Positions 1 through 8,422 of a stretch of 32,000 nt of DNA are shown here, one piece after another. Each line of letters begins with the position of its first letter. Position 1 is the first letter of the stretch. Position numbers and translations under genes: made by a program. The notes below the pieces were generated by a model. That model did not search any database and was not told where the DNA came from. It was given only the letters and a program-made list of their open reading frames with translations. This DNA is from an archaeon GW2011_AR10. GTDB lineage: Archaea > Iainarchaeota > Iainarchaeia > Iainarchaeales > GW2011-AR10. The stretch lies in the NCBI GenBank assembly GCA_000830275.1, contig CP010424.1, positions 1,110,001 to 1,142,000 on the forward strand, in the 5' to 3' direction.

Positions 1-194
1 GATGAATACACTTCCGCTGCCTTGGGGTTGATTTCTCTCAGCAGCTCAACCGCTTTTTTTCTGAGTTTTTTCTCTGGCTGCTTTTCGTTTTCAAGCCCCT
101 TGATTATTTTTAGGATATCCCATTTTGTAGCGCCGGCTTCCTGGAATTCCTTTGCAATCTTTTCAACTGTTTCCTTTACTGGGCTTCCATCCAT
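1..194 (-). CDS. hypothetical protein, partial (3' end outside window); tail weakly ATP-cone-like
   Basis: ATG at 194 on the complement, frame open to the window edge. Translation: MDGSPVKETVEKIAKEFQEAGATKWDILKIIKGLENEKQPEKKLRKKAVELLREINPKAAEVYS. Absent from the ORF track because no stop lies in the window. The + ORF 22..264 is its antisense shadow. Confidence 0.4.
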   Translation of the reverse strand, partial: MDGSPVKETVEKIAKEFQEAGATKWDILKIIKGLENEKQPEKKLRKKAVELLREINPKAAEVYS

Positions 195-313
195 AACTAC
201 ATTAGTGTGCCAAAAAAGTTTAATTAAAATCCCAGAAAACAAACCACTGCTTTTGAAAAGCTAACTTTTTATACCTTTTGTGTTTGAATTACTAATGAAT
301 TGTTGGTGTGTTT

Positions 314-787
314 ATGGAACTGGTTTTGGACAAGGTTGACCACAAAATAATCCAGCACTTGCTTCAGGACGGCAGAAGCTCTTTTAGTTCCATTGCAAAG
401 GACGTTAACCTTACCGATGTTGCAATAAAAAAAAGGGTTGAGAGGCTTAAGAGGAAAGGCGTCATAAGCGCCATAACTGCTGACTTAAACTTAAAGGTTT
501 TAGGGTATGAGAACCCGATTTTTGTTCAAATCCGTTCCGAGATTTCGAAGAACAAGGAGCTTATAAAGCGCTTGAAGGAGTTTGACTACATCATTGAGCT
601 TCACCAAGTTTTAGGGGAGTACAACCTTCTTGCAAAGCTTGTGGTGCCAAACCTTTCGCTTGCAGAAAAATTCATTGAGAAGCTTGGCGTGCTCGATGGA
701 GTGCTTGACATTAAAACCCTTGTCATTTTAAGCGAGCTCAAGAAAACGAATTCTTTGCCCATATTCTCCCTGCAGAAAAAACTTTAA
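314..787 (+). CDS. Lrp/AsnC family transcriptional regulator
   Basis: LDKVDHKIIQHLLQDGRSSFSSIAKDVNLTDVAIKKRVERLKRKGVISAITADLNLKVLGYENPIFVQI fits the Lrp/AsnC wHTH plus ligand-binding domain pattern. ATG 314 is preceded by GGTG; the track start 308 is GTG. Confidence 0.85.
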   Translation: MELVLDKVDHKIIQHLLQDGRSSFSSIAKDVNLTDVAIKKRVERLKRKGVISAITADLNLKVLGYENPIFVQIRSEISKNKELIKRLKEFDYIIELHQVLGEYNLLAKLVVPNLSLAEKFIEKLGVLDGVLDIKTLVILSELKKTNSLPIFSLQKKL

Positions 788-850
788 GGCAAAAACCATA
801 CTTCGTCAATTGTCGAAACCTTTTTATTCTCTTTGCCGTAAACTTATTTT

Positions 851-1024
851 ATGCTGTCAGAGTCAAAGGCGCAGATTTCAGTTGAGTTAATAATCGTAAT
901 TGCAGCAGTTGTGGCGATTGTTCTGTTGCTCGTTTCACAGCTCCGAGAGACAACAAGTGAAGGCGCAAAAGTAATAGACGAAAAAACAGAGAAAATATTC
1001 AAGGAAATAGATGAAATAAAATGA
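851..1024 (+). CDS. short type IV pilin-like protein (class III signal peptide, 57 aa)
   Basis: My own translation (below the track size cutoff): MLSESKAQISVELIIVIAAVVAIVLLLVSQLRETTSEGAKVIDEKTEKIFKEIDEIK. Short leader, QxSxE motif, then about 20 hydrophobic residues. TATA-like AAACCTTTTTATTC at 817-830. The stop overlaps the next ATG (ATGA at 1021). Confidence 0.6.
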   Translation: MLSESKAQISVELIIVIAAVVAIVLLLVSQLRETTSEGAKVIDEKTEKIFKEIDEIK

Positions 1025-1434
1025 AGCACAGCGCGCAGGCAAGCCTTGAACTCGCAATTGTTATTGCGGCTTTTCTCAGCATGTTTCTTCTGCTGCTGCC
1101 AAGCATTCATGCATTGTTTGATGCAGGAATTTTCTCATTCGACGTAAAGAACGCGCAGCAGTTTCTCCACAGTTTCAAGGAAACAGCAAGGCAGCTCAGT
1201 GTTTTTTCTTCAGGCTCAGAGAAAACAATTGAGTCAGCGGTTCTAACAAAGTGGGTAATCTACTCGAAACAAAACAAGGTTTTCCTGCAGGTTCATTCAG
1301 AGGAAGCCGGAAAAACAAAGCTGCTTGAAGCGGAGCTGCCATTAACGGTTGAAATGCAGGAACTTGAGCTGCAAAAAGAAGCAAGGCTCCGCCTTGTAAA
1401 AAGCAGCAGCCATGTTTTAGTGGTAAACGGTTAA
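1021..1434 (+). CDS. type IV pilin-like protein (class III signal peptide)
   Basis: MKHSAQASLELAIVIAAFLSMFLLLL: QxSxE motif followed by a hydrophobic helix. Translationally coupled to 851..1024. Confidence 0.65.
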   Translation: MKHSAQASLELAIVIAAFLSMFLLLLPSIHALFDAGIFSFDVKNAQQFLHSFKETARQLSVFSSGSEKTIESAVLTKWVIYSKQNKVFLQVHSEEAGKTKLLEAELPLTVEMQELELQKEARLRLVKSSSHVLVVNG

Positions 1435-1776
1435 TACAAACCGTTGCAGTTTCAAGGTGCTTCCGACAAAATGCATTTCCTCAGCTAACACCTTCTCGTA
1501 GGGCTTTTTGATTCCTTCATTCAAAAAAATTTTCCCGCCGTTGAATTCAATCATTCCTTTTTTCTCAGAGAAAACAAAATTGAAATCTGACTCCAGTTCC
1601 TCCTCTGAGAAATTTCTTTCCCGAAGCCACACAATCAGCAGGTCGTGTTGTTTTTGCGCAATGCTCAGCTCATCCAGCCCATGCGCAGGGAAAGTGAATG
1701 GGATTAAAAGCAGCGAGAACAACAGCAGAATGGAAAAAGCCGCCTCCAATGAAAGATAAAAGCCGGGCTCATTCAT
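1417..1776 (-). CDS. pilin-like protein with N-terminal hydrophobic helix
   Basis: MNEPGFYLSLEAAFSILLLFSLLLIP. Overlaps the upstream gene by 8 nt (operon). Its 3' end overlaps the convergent gene 1021..1434 by 18 nt. Confidence 0.55.
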   Translation of the reverse strand: MNEPGFYLSLEAAFSILLLFSLLLIPFTFPAHGLDELSIAQKQHDLLIVWLRERNFSEEELESDFNFVFSEKKGMIEFNGGKIFLNEGIKKPYEKVLAEEMHFVGSTLKLQRFVLTVYH

Positions 1777-2236
1777 CGCATATCACCAAGACAATTTTTG
1801 CTTTTCTTTCAGTTGCCGCCTTAACCACTGCAAACCTTTCAAAGCCAGTGCAGTTTTTTCCTGCATTCCCTTTAAACAACAACTCTTTGCTTCCGTCCTT
1901 GAACAGTAGATAGAGTTCCAGAACATTCAAGCCGTCAAGCAGTTCTTTGTTTTCCCTGATTTTCCCAAGCAAAGCATAGTCAAGCACGTTTTGTTCCACT
2001 CTCATAAGTTCAGGGTTATAATGGGCTGCTCCAAGGCTTGGATTGTTTTCATCAGAGTTTTTGATGAGGGAATCAAGAATGAACAATCCTTTTCGCTGCA
2101 GCTCGAACTCCCTTTCAATTGAAGCGCTTTGCAGTGCAACATTACTTGCCTGCACTAACATCAGGTAAACCATTAAGGCCATTACAATAACTGACACTGC
2201 CAAATCAATGCTGAATATAATGCCCCTATCTTTCAT
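1769..2236 (-). CDS. type IV pilin-like protein (class III signal peptide)
   Basis: MKDRGIIFSIDLAVSVIVMALMVYL: basic leader ending in G, then a hydrophobic helix. Overlaps its neighbours at both ends. Confidence 0.6.
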   Translation of the reverse strand: MKDRGIIFSIDLAVSVIVMALMVYLMLVQASNVALQSASIEREFELQRKGLFILDSLIKNSDENNPSLGAAHYNPELMRVEQNVLDYALLGKIRENKELLDGLNVLELYLLFKDGSKELLFKGNAGKNCTGFERFAVVKAATERKAKIVLVICDE

Positions 2237-2573
2237 AGCGTTCCCTTATAGCAACTTTGATTTTGGTTTTCCCGTTTTCCTCAAAGCTTGTTGTGCTCTT
2301 GTTCACGAGGGCTGTTCCAACTTCAAAACCATTAAGGTCAAAAAAAACTTTTCCGCCTTTTACAGTGCATTCAGTTCCTTCTCCTGCTTCAAGTTCGCCG
2401 CTGTTTGAATACACTGAGTCAATAAGTGAAGCGCATTTGTTTGCTGAGAGCTTGGCATTGAAAGTTTCAAGAGATGAATCTGCTTTTGTTTCAGCTGAGG
2501 CAACTGCCGCTGTAAAAAGTGCAAGAACGGATAAAAATACAGTGAAAGAAATCAGCGGTTCAAGAGCAGCCAA
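2226..2573 (-). CDS. pilin-like protein (TTG start, uncertain)
   Basis: (M)AALEPLISFTVFLSVLALFTAAVASAE has a hydrophobic N-terminus. The only start candidate in frame is TTG at 2573. Overlaps the upstream gene end by 22 nt. Confidence 0.5.
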   Translation of the reverse strand: MAALEPLISFTVFLSVLALFTAAVASAETKADSSLETFNAKLSANKCASLIDSVYSNSGELEAGEGTECTVKGGKVFFDLNGFEVGTALVNKSTTSFEENGKTKIKVAIRERYER

Positions 2574-3124
2574 GGTTTCACCTTAACAAATCTTTTGTTG
2601 TAACCTGAAGGAAGAAGGAACTCTTGGTGAAAATCTCCAGAGGAAATCCTTGCGCGCAACGCCTCTGACCTGAGAATTCCTCCAGTGAAATGAAATTCTA
2701 CAACAAGAATTGTTTCCCCAGCGTCAACAAGAAGAACCCCTGCATTTCTTCTAATATCTTGCGTTTCAGGCACTTTTCTCTCTCCAGTGCTTCTGTCAAC
2801 CACTTCAAACCTCACTGATGGGTTGTCAGTATAGAATTCTTCTGTTTCCTTTGCCAGTTGGATAACTGCTTCTGCTGCATGCTCTTCAAGGCTTGCCTGC
2901 AAGTAATTGTGCCTGTCGATTTCCTTGCTGATGGTTTCCATCACTGCAAAGTCAAGGTTGTTTTCAAGCTCTGCCCTGACAAAGCTGGCTTTCTCCATTG
3001 CCAGCAGCTCCGACAATGTTGATGAAAGAGTTTCTTCAGAGTAAACAGCGTAGGCCTGCAATACTGCGTTGAGCTGGATGAATGCCAGCACAAGAAAAAA
3101 GGAGAACACTCCTTTGGAATTCAT
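2552..3124 (-). CDS. type IV pilin-like protein (class III signal peptide)
   Basis: Track ORF 2552..3409 trimmed to ATG 3124: MNSKGVFSFFLVLAFIQLNAVL (KG then a hydrophobic helix). Alternative ATG at 3139. The longer version would overlap the divergent M50 protease gene. Confidence 0.55.
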   Translation of the reverse strand: MNSKGVFSFFLVLAFIQLNAVLQAYAVYSEETLSSTLSELLAMEKASFVRAELENNLDFAVMETISKEIDRHNYLQASLEEHAAEAVIQLAKETEEFYTDNPSVRFEVVDRSTGERKVPETQDIRRNAGVLLVDAGETILVVEFHFTGGILRSEALRARISSGDFHQEFLLPSGYNKRFVKVKPWLLLNR

Positions 3125-3218
3125 GTAAAAGAATAGCATCAAAACCAATAAAAATATTACGTCAATTGACGAAATAAGGTTTTTTAGTTGTTCGCCAAAA
3201 GGATTAATACCCTTTTGA

Positions 3219-3824
3219 ATGAAAAATTTCTTGATTGGCATGAATTCAAGGGAGCGGAACGACCTCATAATAAGCTGGGCCACAATCAGTTTGGCGTTTG
3301 CATTCATTTTAAGTGACGGCTTCTTCGACTTGTTCAATTTTTCGATTGCCCTCCTCGTTTCAATTATAGGTGTTGGAACCGGCTTTGTTCTCCACGAGCT
3401 CGCCCACAAATACGTTGCAATAAGGTTTGGAGCGCAAGCAGAGTTCAGGGCATGGAAAATTGGTTTAATACTGGCGCTGGTGCTGCCAATAATAACGTTT
3501 GGAAGGTTTCTGTTCGCAGCGCCCGGGGCGGTCTACATTTTTGGCGAGCGGATTTCGGTGAAGCAAAACGGCCTGATTTCAATTGCGGGGCCGCTGACAA
3601 ACATTGTCGTAGCCTTTGTTTTTCTTTCGCTTCTTTTGCTGTTCGAAACTTCACAGCTGTTGAATACAATTGCGGTTTCAGGGGCAAAAATAAATTTTTT
3701 CCTCGCATTTTTTAACATGATTCCTTTCGGCCCCCTGGATGGAACAAAAGTGTTCTCCTGGAACAAAGCGGTTTGGGCAATTGTTTTCTTTTTCTCCTTT
3801 TTCGCTGTTTTCTTCCTGTTTTAA
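3219..3824 (+). CDS. M50 family (site-2 protease-like) membrane metalloprotease
   Basis: HExxH in a TM helix (VLHELAHKYVA), the NxxPxxxLDG motif (FNMIPFGPLDG), and multiple TM segments. Confidence 0.9.
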   Translation: MKNFLIGMNSRERNDLIISWATISLAFAFILSDGFFDLFNFSIALLVSIIGVGTGFVLHELAHKYVAIRFGAQAEFRAWKIGLILALVLPIITFGRFLFAAPGAVYIFGERISVKQNGLISIAGPLTNIVVAFVFLSLLLLFETSQLLNTIAVSGAKINFFLAFFNMIPFGPLDGTKVFSWNKAVWAIVFFFSFFAVFFLF

Positions 3825-3892
3825 TTAGCAATCTTGCCTGCGGATGCTGCTGTCATGCGATTTTTTAATCATTTCTTCCGTATATTCAACCA

Positions 3893-4549
3893 ATGAATGC
3901 ACGCATTTTACTTGGCTTTGCTTTCCTTGTCCTTGTTTTGGTGCTCTTGTCTGGTTGCCCGAAGCCCCCATTGGAGGATGATGACTCTGGCCAGATTGAG
4001 CCGGAACCAGAGCCGGAAGTTGACTTATGCGAAAACATTTCATGCAATGACAAATGCGAGAACACCACGCTTTTTTCAGGCGGCAGCTGCGTTGAAGGGA
4101 GCTGCATTTACGCTGCCACAGTTGAGAATGCTGCTGAATGCGGTTACGAAGAGAGAGCCCTGCAGCTTGACACGCAGTTCAGGAGCTGCAGCTGGGATTT
4201 CTACTCCAAAAACTTTGACTTCTTTTTCACGATAAAGAATGTCGGCGAAGTTCCTGTTCCAGAAAACGCTTCAATCTGGATTATAGGCGAGGGCATTTCC
4301 AAAAAAACTTATGACATAACCAACAGGGAGTACGGCATCAACCAGATTCTGTGGGGTGAAAGGAACTGGAGCGCATACCCTTATCAGGGTAACAGGTGGC
4401 GGGTAACAGATTACGCGGAATTCCAACAATTTGGCTTCAAGCTGGTTTACTGCGAGGGCATAAACGTTTTCATACAGCAATGCAGCGAAGAAAACGGAAC
4501 AGTGTTATTTGAAGGCAATACGGGAGAATTGTGTGAGGTAAGAGAGTAA
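3893..4549 (+). CDS. secreted Cys-rich lipoprotein, function unknown
   Basis: Signal peptide with lipobox: MNARILLGFAFLVLVLVLLSGC. An acidic linker is followed by a Cys-rich segment (CENISCNDKCEN..GGSCVEGSC). TATA-like TTTTTAAT lies about 30 nt upstream. Confidence 0.7.
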   Translation: MNARILLGFAFLVLVLVLLSGCPKPPLEDDDSGQIEPEPEPEVDLCENISCNDKCENTTLFSGGSCVEGSCIYAATVENAAECGYEERALQLDTQFRSCSWDFYSKNFDFFFTIKNVGEVPVPENASIWIIGEGISKKTYDITNREYGINQILWGERNWSAYPYQGNRWRVTDYAEFQQFGFKLVYCEGINVFIQQCSEENGTVLFEGNTGELCEVRE

Positions 4550-4553
4550 TCCT

Positions 4554-6740
4554 TTATCTGACATAAGTCGGCTTAATTGTTGTTGTGGTTGTTGCCCTGA
4601 ATTCTTGGTATGATTCCAGAACCTCTTTTCTTATTGATGGAAGAATCTTTGCCATTGCTTCAACCAAGTGAGACTTTTTAACTTCTGTTGCCTTCATGTT
4701 GCTTTCCTGAAGGCTTATCAGTGCGGCCTCCCTAATCATGCCCTCAATGTCTGCTCCGCTATAGCCCTCGGTTTTCTTTGCTATTTCCTCTAGTGATACG
4801 TCTTTTGCTAGTGGCACGCTTTTGCTGTGCACTCTAAGAATTGAGAGCCTTGCCTTTTCATCCGGTGCAGGAATCAAGATCATCTTATCAACTCTGCCGG
4901 GCCTCATAAGCGCTGGGTCAATAAGGTCAGGCCGGTTTGTCGCAGCAATGAATATCACATCCTTCAGTCTTTCAATGCCATCAAGCTCTGTCAGCAGCTG
5001 GTTCACAACTCTTTCTCCAACCCCTGAATCAGTGCTTTGACCGCGTGTTGAAGCAATTGCATCGATTTCGTCAAAGAAAATGATTGCAGGCGAAACCTGC
5101 CTTGCCCTGTGAAAAATTTTTCTGATTCCTTTTTCGCTTTCTCCAACCCACATGCTAATGAGCTGTGGTCCCTTGATTGAAATAAAGTTTGCCTCGCTTT
5201 CAGTTGCCACTGCTTTTGCCAAAAGAGTTTTGCCGCAACCCGGAGGACCGTACAGCAGTACACCGCTTGGCGGATTGATTCCCAGCCTTTTGAATGATTC
5301 ACTGTGCTTTAAAGGCCACTCTACTGCCTGCTTTAATTCCCTTTTCACGTTCTCTAAACCGCCAATGTCCTTCCACCTAATGTTTGGCACCTCAATTGTC
5401 ACTTCCCTTAAAGCGCTCGGCTGCACGTCCTTCAATGCTTCCTGGAAATCGGTTTTGTTCACTTCCAGTGATTCAAGCACTTCAGTGGGAATCTTGTCCT
5501 CATCTAAATCTATTTTTGGAAGGTAACGGTGCAGGGCTTTCATTGCAGCCTCTTTCACGAGTGCTTCAATGTCCGCGCCAACAAACCCGTGCGTGACAGA
5601 CGCAAGGTAATCCAAGTCAACATTTTTTGCCAACGGCATTCCCCTCGAATGAATCTGAATGATTTGCTTTCTTCCGCCCTTGGTTGGAACGCCTATCTCA
5701 ATTTCCCTGTCAAATCTTCCAGGCCTTCTAAGCGCCTCATCCAAGGAGTTAACCCTGTTGGTTGCAGCAATAACAATTACGTTGCCTCTTGCCTCCATGC
5801 CATCCATTGCTGAAAGAATCTGTGCAACAACCCTTCTTTCAACTTCCCCTATTACTTCATCCCTTTTTGGGGCAATTGAGTCTATTTCATCAAAGAAAAT
5901 AATGCTTGGAGCATTCTTTTCAGCTTCTTTGAAAACTTCCCGGACTCTTTCCTCTGCTTCCCCAACAAATTTTGACATAATGCTTGGAGAATTTATTGAA
6001 ATGAAATGTGCCTGGGTTTCAGTTGCCACTGCTTTTGCGAGAAGGGTTTTTCCTGTTCCGGGAGGGCCGTGAAGCAGAACGCCCTTCGGCGGGTTAATGC
6101 CTAGTTTCCTGAAGATTTCAGGGTGCTTCATTGGAAGCTCTATCATATCCTTGATTTTTTGGATTTGCTCTTTCAAGCCGCCAATGTCCTCGTAAGCAAT
6201 TTTTGGAATTCCAGCAAGGGAATCCTTAACAGGCTCTTCCTTCAGTACAAACTGGGTGAAATCAGTTATTTTAACAATGCCGCGCGGGGTTGTGTCAACC
6301 ACCTGGTAAACAAAGCCGGAGCCAAAAACACTGATCCAAACGTTGTCTCCTTTGGTTAATGGCCTTCCAATGAAATTCTTTTTCAGTATCCTGTCATAGC
6401 CTGAAGCAATTATTCTGACTTCCTGTGTTGGAGCAAGCACAACCCTTTTGGCTTCAAAAAAATTTGCTTTTCTTACCGCAACCTTTTCTCCTAGCGCGCT
6501 CCCCGAATTATGCCTTATAAAGTTGTCCATCCGAATTATGCCCTTACCTTCATCCTCTGCTCTTGCAGGCCAGATAACAGCAGCAGTTCTTTTCGGGCCC
6601 TCAATTTCAACTATGTCACCAGAGGTTACGCCGAGTTCTTCTTTTGTTCTCTTGTCCAGCGTGATAATGTTCCTTCCCACATGGCTTGGATCAGGGTCCT
6701 CAACCCTCAATATTGCGTCCTTTTTTTTGTTTGAAAACAT
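4554..6740 (-). CDS. cdc48: Cdc48/VCP-like AAA+ ATPase
   Basis: Cdc48 N-domain plus two AAA modules. Walker A GPPGTGKT and GPPGCGKT; Walker B IIFFDEID twice. 728 aa. Confidence 0.97.
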   Translation of the reverse strand: MFSNKKKDAILRVEDPDPSHVGRNIITLDKRTKEELGVTSGDIVEIEGPKRTAAVIWPARAEDEGKGIIRMDNFIRHNSGSALGEKVAVRKANFFEAKRVVLAPTQEVRIIASGYDRILKKNFIGRPLTKGDNVWISVFGSGFVYQVVDTTPRGIVKITDFTQFVLKEEPVKDSLAGIPKIAYEDIGGLKEQIQKIKDMIELPMKHPEIFRKLGINPPKGVLLHGPPGTGKTLLAKAVATETQAHFISINSPSIMSKFVGEAEERVREVFKEAEKNAPSIIFFDEIDSIAPKRDEVIGEVERRVVAQILSAMDGMEARGNVIVIAATNRVNSLDEALRRPGRFDREIEIGVPTKGGRKQIIQIHSRGMPLAKNVDLDYLASVTHGFVGADIEALVKEAAMKALHRYLPKIDLDEDKIPTEVLESLEVNKTDFQEALKDVQPSALREVTIEVPNIRWKDIGGLENVKRELKQAVEWPLKHSESFKRLGINPPSGVLLYGPPGCGKTLLAKAVATESEANFISIKGPQLISMWVGESEKGIRKIFHRARQVSPAIIFFDEIDAIASTRGQSTDSGVGERVVNQLLTELDGIERLKDVIFIAATNRPDLIDPALMRPGRVDKMILIPAPDEKARLSILRVHSKSVPLAKDVSLEEIAKKTEGYSGADIEGMIREAALISLQESNMKATEVKKSHLVEAMAKILPSIRKEVLESYQEFRATTTTTIKPTYVR

Positions 6741-6782
6741 TCCATCGCCTTAACAAATCATTTTGAACCAAACGTTAATAAG

Positions 6783-7595
6783 CTATTCCATTTGAACCGT
6801 TAAGTCGCCGTTAGGCAGCATTGAAATTATTTCATCCAATTCAAAAACGTTTTTCGCGCCGGCTTTTTCCTCAAACAATTTCCTGAGCTGCTTCGCGGTT
6901 TCACCCTTTGACTGCTGGCCCTGTTCAACCTTAAAGAAAAACGCTGAATTCTTTTTCACCGCGCTTAAAGGCCCGGAAATTACTTTCCATTCACCGTTCT
7001 CTTTCATTGCCCCTATTGCAAACTCTAATTTTGTTTTCCTGAACCAGTTTCGTTTTCCGTAAATCATGAAGGCTCCTGCTCCAAGAGCCTCTCCCGCCGG
7101 GGCTTTCTTGCTCACTTGCTCCGGCATCACGCTGTAAACATCTGCTGTTGCAAGCTTCTGCTTCCACGCCCTTGAAAAAACCGCTGCAAAAACCGATGCT
7201 TCCTCCAAGCTTTTCTTCGGAGCAGAATTTTTCTCTGTTTTAAGAATTGTGTGAGGTGCGCCAAAAATTTCTGCGTGAAAGTATAGGTCGCCATCTTCCA
7301 TGTGTTTTTTCACCAAAGCTTCGTTGCTGCCTGCATCCCTGCCTGCAACAACAAGCAAGCCATCGCTTGTCCTGAACCAGTGGAACCTCTCAAACCATTG
7401 CCTCTTTTTTTTCCTCGTGATTTCCCTGCTTTCAGCCTTCAACGCATTCTTTTCTTCAGCCTCTGCTATTTTTCCCTCAATTAGCGGGATTGCCTTGCTG
7501 AGGCCAGCAAGTTTTTTTTTGGCCTTCTTTGATTTCTGGTAGTAGAGGTCAGCGTTCTGCTGCAGCGATTTCTTCAAATCAATTGCCAGTTGCAT
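6783..7595 (-). CDS. NFACT-R (DUF814) protein: C-terminal half of an Rqc2/FbpA-type ribosome quality control factor
   Basis: WFERFHWFRTSDGLLVVAGRDAGSNEALVKKHMEDGDLYFHAEIFGAPHTILK is the DUF814 core, preceded by a coiled coil. Start and stop overlap the upstream gene (TAATG). Confidence 0.8.
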   Translation of the reverse strand: MQLAIDLKKSLQQNADLYYQKSKKAKKKLAGLSKAIPLIEGKIAEAEEKNALKAESREITRKKKRQWFERFHWFRTSDGLLVVAGRDAGSNEALVKKHMEDGDLYFHAEIFGAPHTILKTEKNSAPKKSLEEASVFAAVFSRAWKQKLATADVYSVMPEQVSKKAPAGEALGAGAFMIYGKRNWFRKTKLEFAIGAMKENGEWKVISGPLSAVKKNSAFFFKVEQGQQSKGETAKQLRKLFEEKAGAKNVFELDEIISMLPNGDLTVQME

Positions 7596-8134
7596 TACTC
7601 CAGCCCCTGCATGTGCTTTACGATTTCCAGCACAGACTTGGTGCGGGAAGCGTTTTTGTGCAGTGGTTCAGTTGCATAGAATATTTCTTTGTCCTTTATC
7701 AGGTTGAATATGTTTGGAATTGACTCATAATACTTTTTCAATGAATCCTGGTGGTATGATTCAATGTCCGTGTAAATGTGTGAGGCCATCATGTTCCAGT
7801 TGCCTGACCCGATTATGGCGCTTAGCCTGTACAAATGCGGGTCACTTGAAACTACGCCCAAGAATTCATTAAACAACTCTTTTTGGCTTGTGTCTATCTG
7901 GAGCATTACTATGACTTCAAGCTTGTATCCTAGTTTTCTGAAATCAATTTTTGGCCCAAATCCGCTCAGCACCCCCTCCCTTGAAAGAAAATCCAGCGAA
8001 CTCTTGATTGTTGCCTTGTGGTAACCGGTCAGCCGCTTTATGTGGCGAACATTAGGTGTTACAGCATTTTTCTGCAGGAGCGCTTCCAGAATCTTTACCC
8101 TGATCTCATCGTTAACCTTCTTGTTAATGGCCAT
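7595..8134 (-). CDS. Lrp/AsnC-like wHTH transcriptional regulator
   Basis: An N-terminal wHTH (IRVKILEALLQKNAVTPNVRHIKRLTGYHKATIKSSLDFLSREGVLSGFGPKIDFRKLGY) is followed by an Lrp-like effector-domain pattern. Confidence 0.6.
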   Translation of the reverse strand: MAINKKVNDEIRVKILEALLQKNAVTPNVRHIKRLTGYHKATIKSSLDFLSREGVLSGFGPKIDFRKLGYKLEVIVMLQIDTSQKELFNEFLGVVSSDPHLYRLSAIIGSGNWNMMASHIYTDIESYHQDSLKKYYESIPNIFNLIKDKEIFYATEPLHKNASRTKSVLEIVKHMQGLE

Positions 8135-8293
8135 TAAAAAACCCCAGCATATTCAATATGGGCTGGCATTCATTTTTAAATGTAATTTTTGTTACATCTA
8201 TTTTGTCTAAAATTATAAAAAGAAGGACATCGTCAATATTATTGTAAATTAGAATTGGGGGGATCCAATCCTAAAAAATAAAAAAAATAAAAA

Positions 8294-8384
8294 TGTAGAA
8301 CGGGGTTAGGCTCACCAAGCTGATTTGGAATCCTGTATGTAGCCCCGTTCTCACCTCTAATATTTTCGGTGGGGTTTGAGGTGG
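8294..8384 (-). ncRNA. candidate structured RNA / 3' UTR element downstream of topA (two adjacent hairpins, then an oligo-T tract)
   Basis: 9-bp stem agaacgggg/ccccgttct (8297-8305 with 8343-8351). 6-bp stem cacctc/gaggtg (8352-57 with about 8379-84). On the minus strand the first stem is followed by ACA, then TTTTTATTTTTTTTATTTTTT (plus-strand A-run 8271-8293). Confidence 0.2.
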
Positions 8385-8422
8385 TAATTCAAATCGTATT
8401 GTTAGGGCTAATTTTTGTCGGC

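Noticed and set aside
22-264. 80-aa + strand ORF at the window start
   Set aside because: It is antisense to a better minus-strand frame that starts at 194 and runs off the window. Its sequence is Ser/Phe-rich low complexity.
844-1110. 88-aa minus-strand ORF
   Set aside because: It is antisense to the two + strand pilin-like genes, whose class III signal-peptide motifs and translational coupling are far more convincing.
2552-3409. 285-aa version of the minus-strand ORF
   Set aside because: Its first ~95 codons overlap the divergent M50 protease gene (start 3219) and have no pilin or other features. The pilin-like leader MNSKG begins at 3124.
4822-6753. Multiple 70-137-aa + strand ORFs antisense to cdc48 (also antisense ORFs within topA, pheS/pheT, rfcL, orc1, the adhesin and the M50 protease)
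   Set aside because: They lie entirely within strongly supported genes on the other strand, have biased low-complexity composition and no recognisable motifs. These are typical shadow ORFs.
8294-8351. H/ACA guide RNA (9-bp lower stem directly followed by ACA and oligo-T on the minus strand)
   Set aside because: I cannot place a pseudouridylation pocket so that its top lies 14-16 nt from ACA (candidates give 11 or 18 nt). The putative K-turn is not convincing. Kept only as an unclassified structured element.
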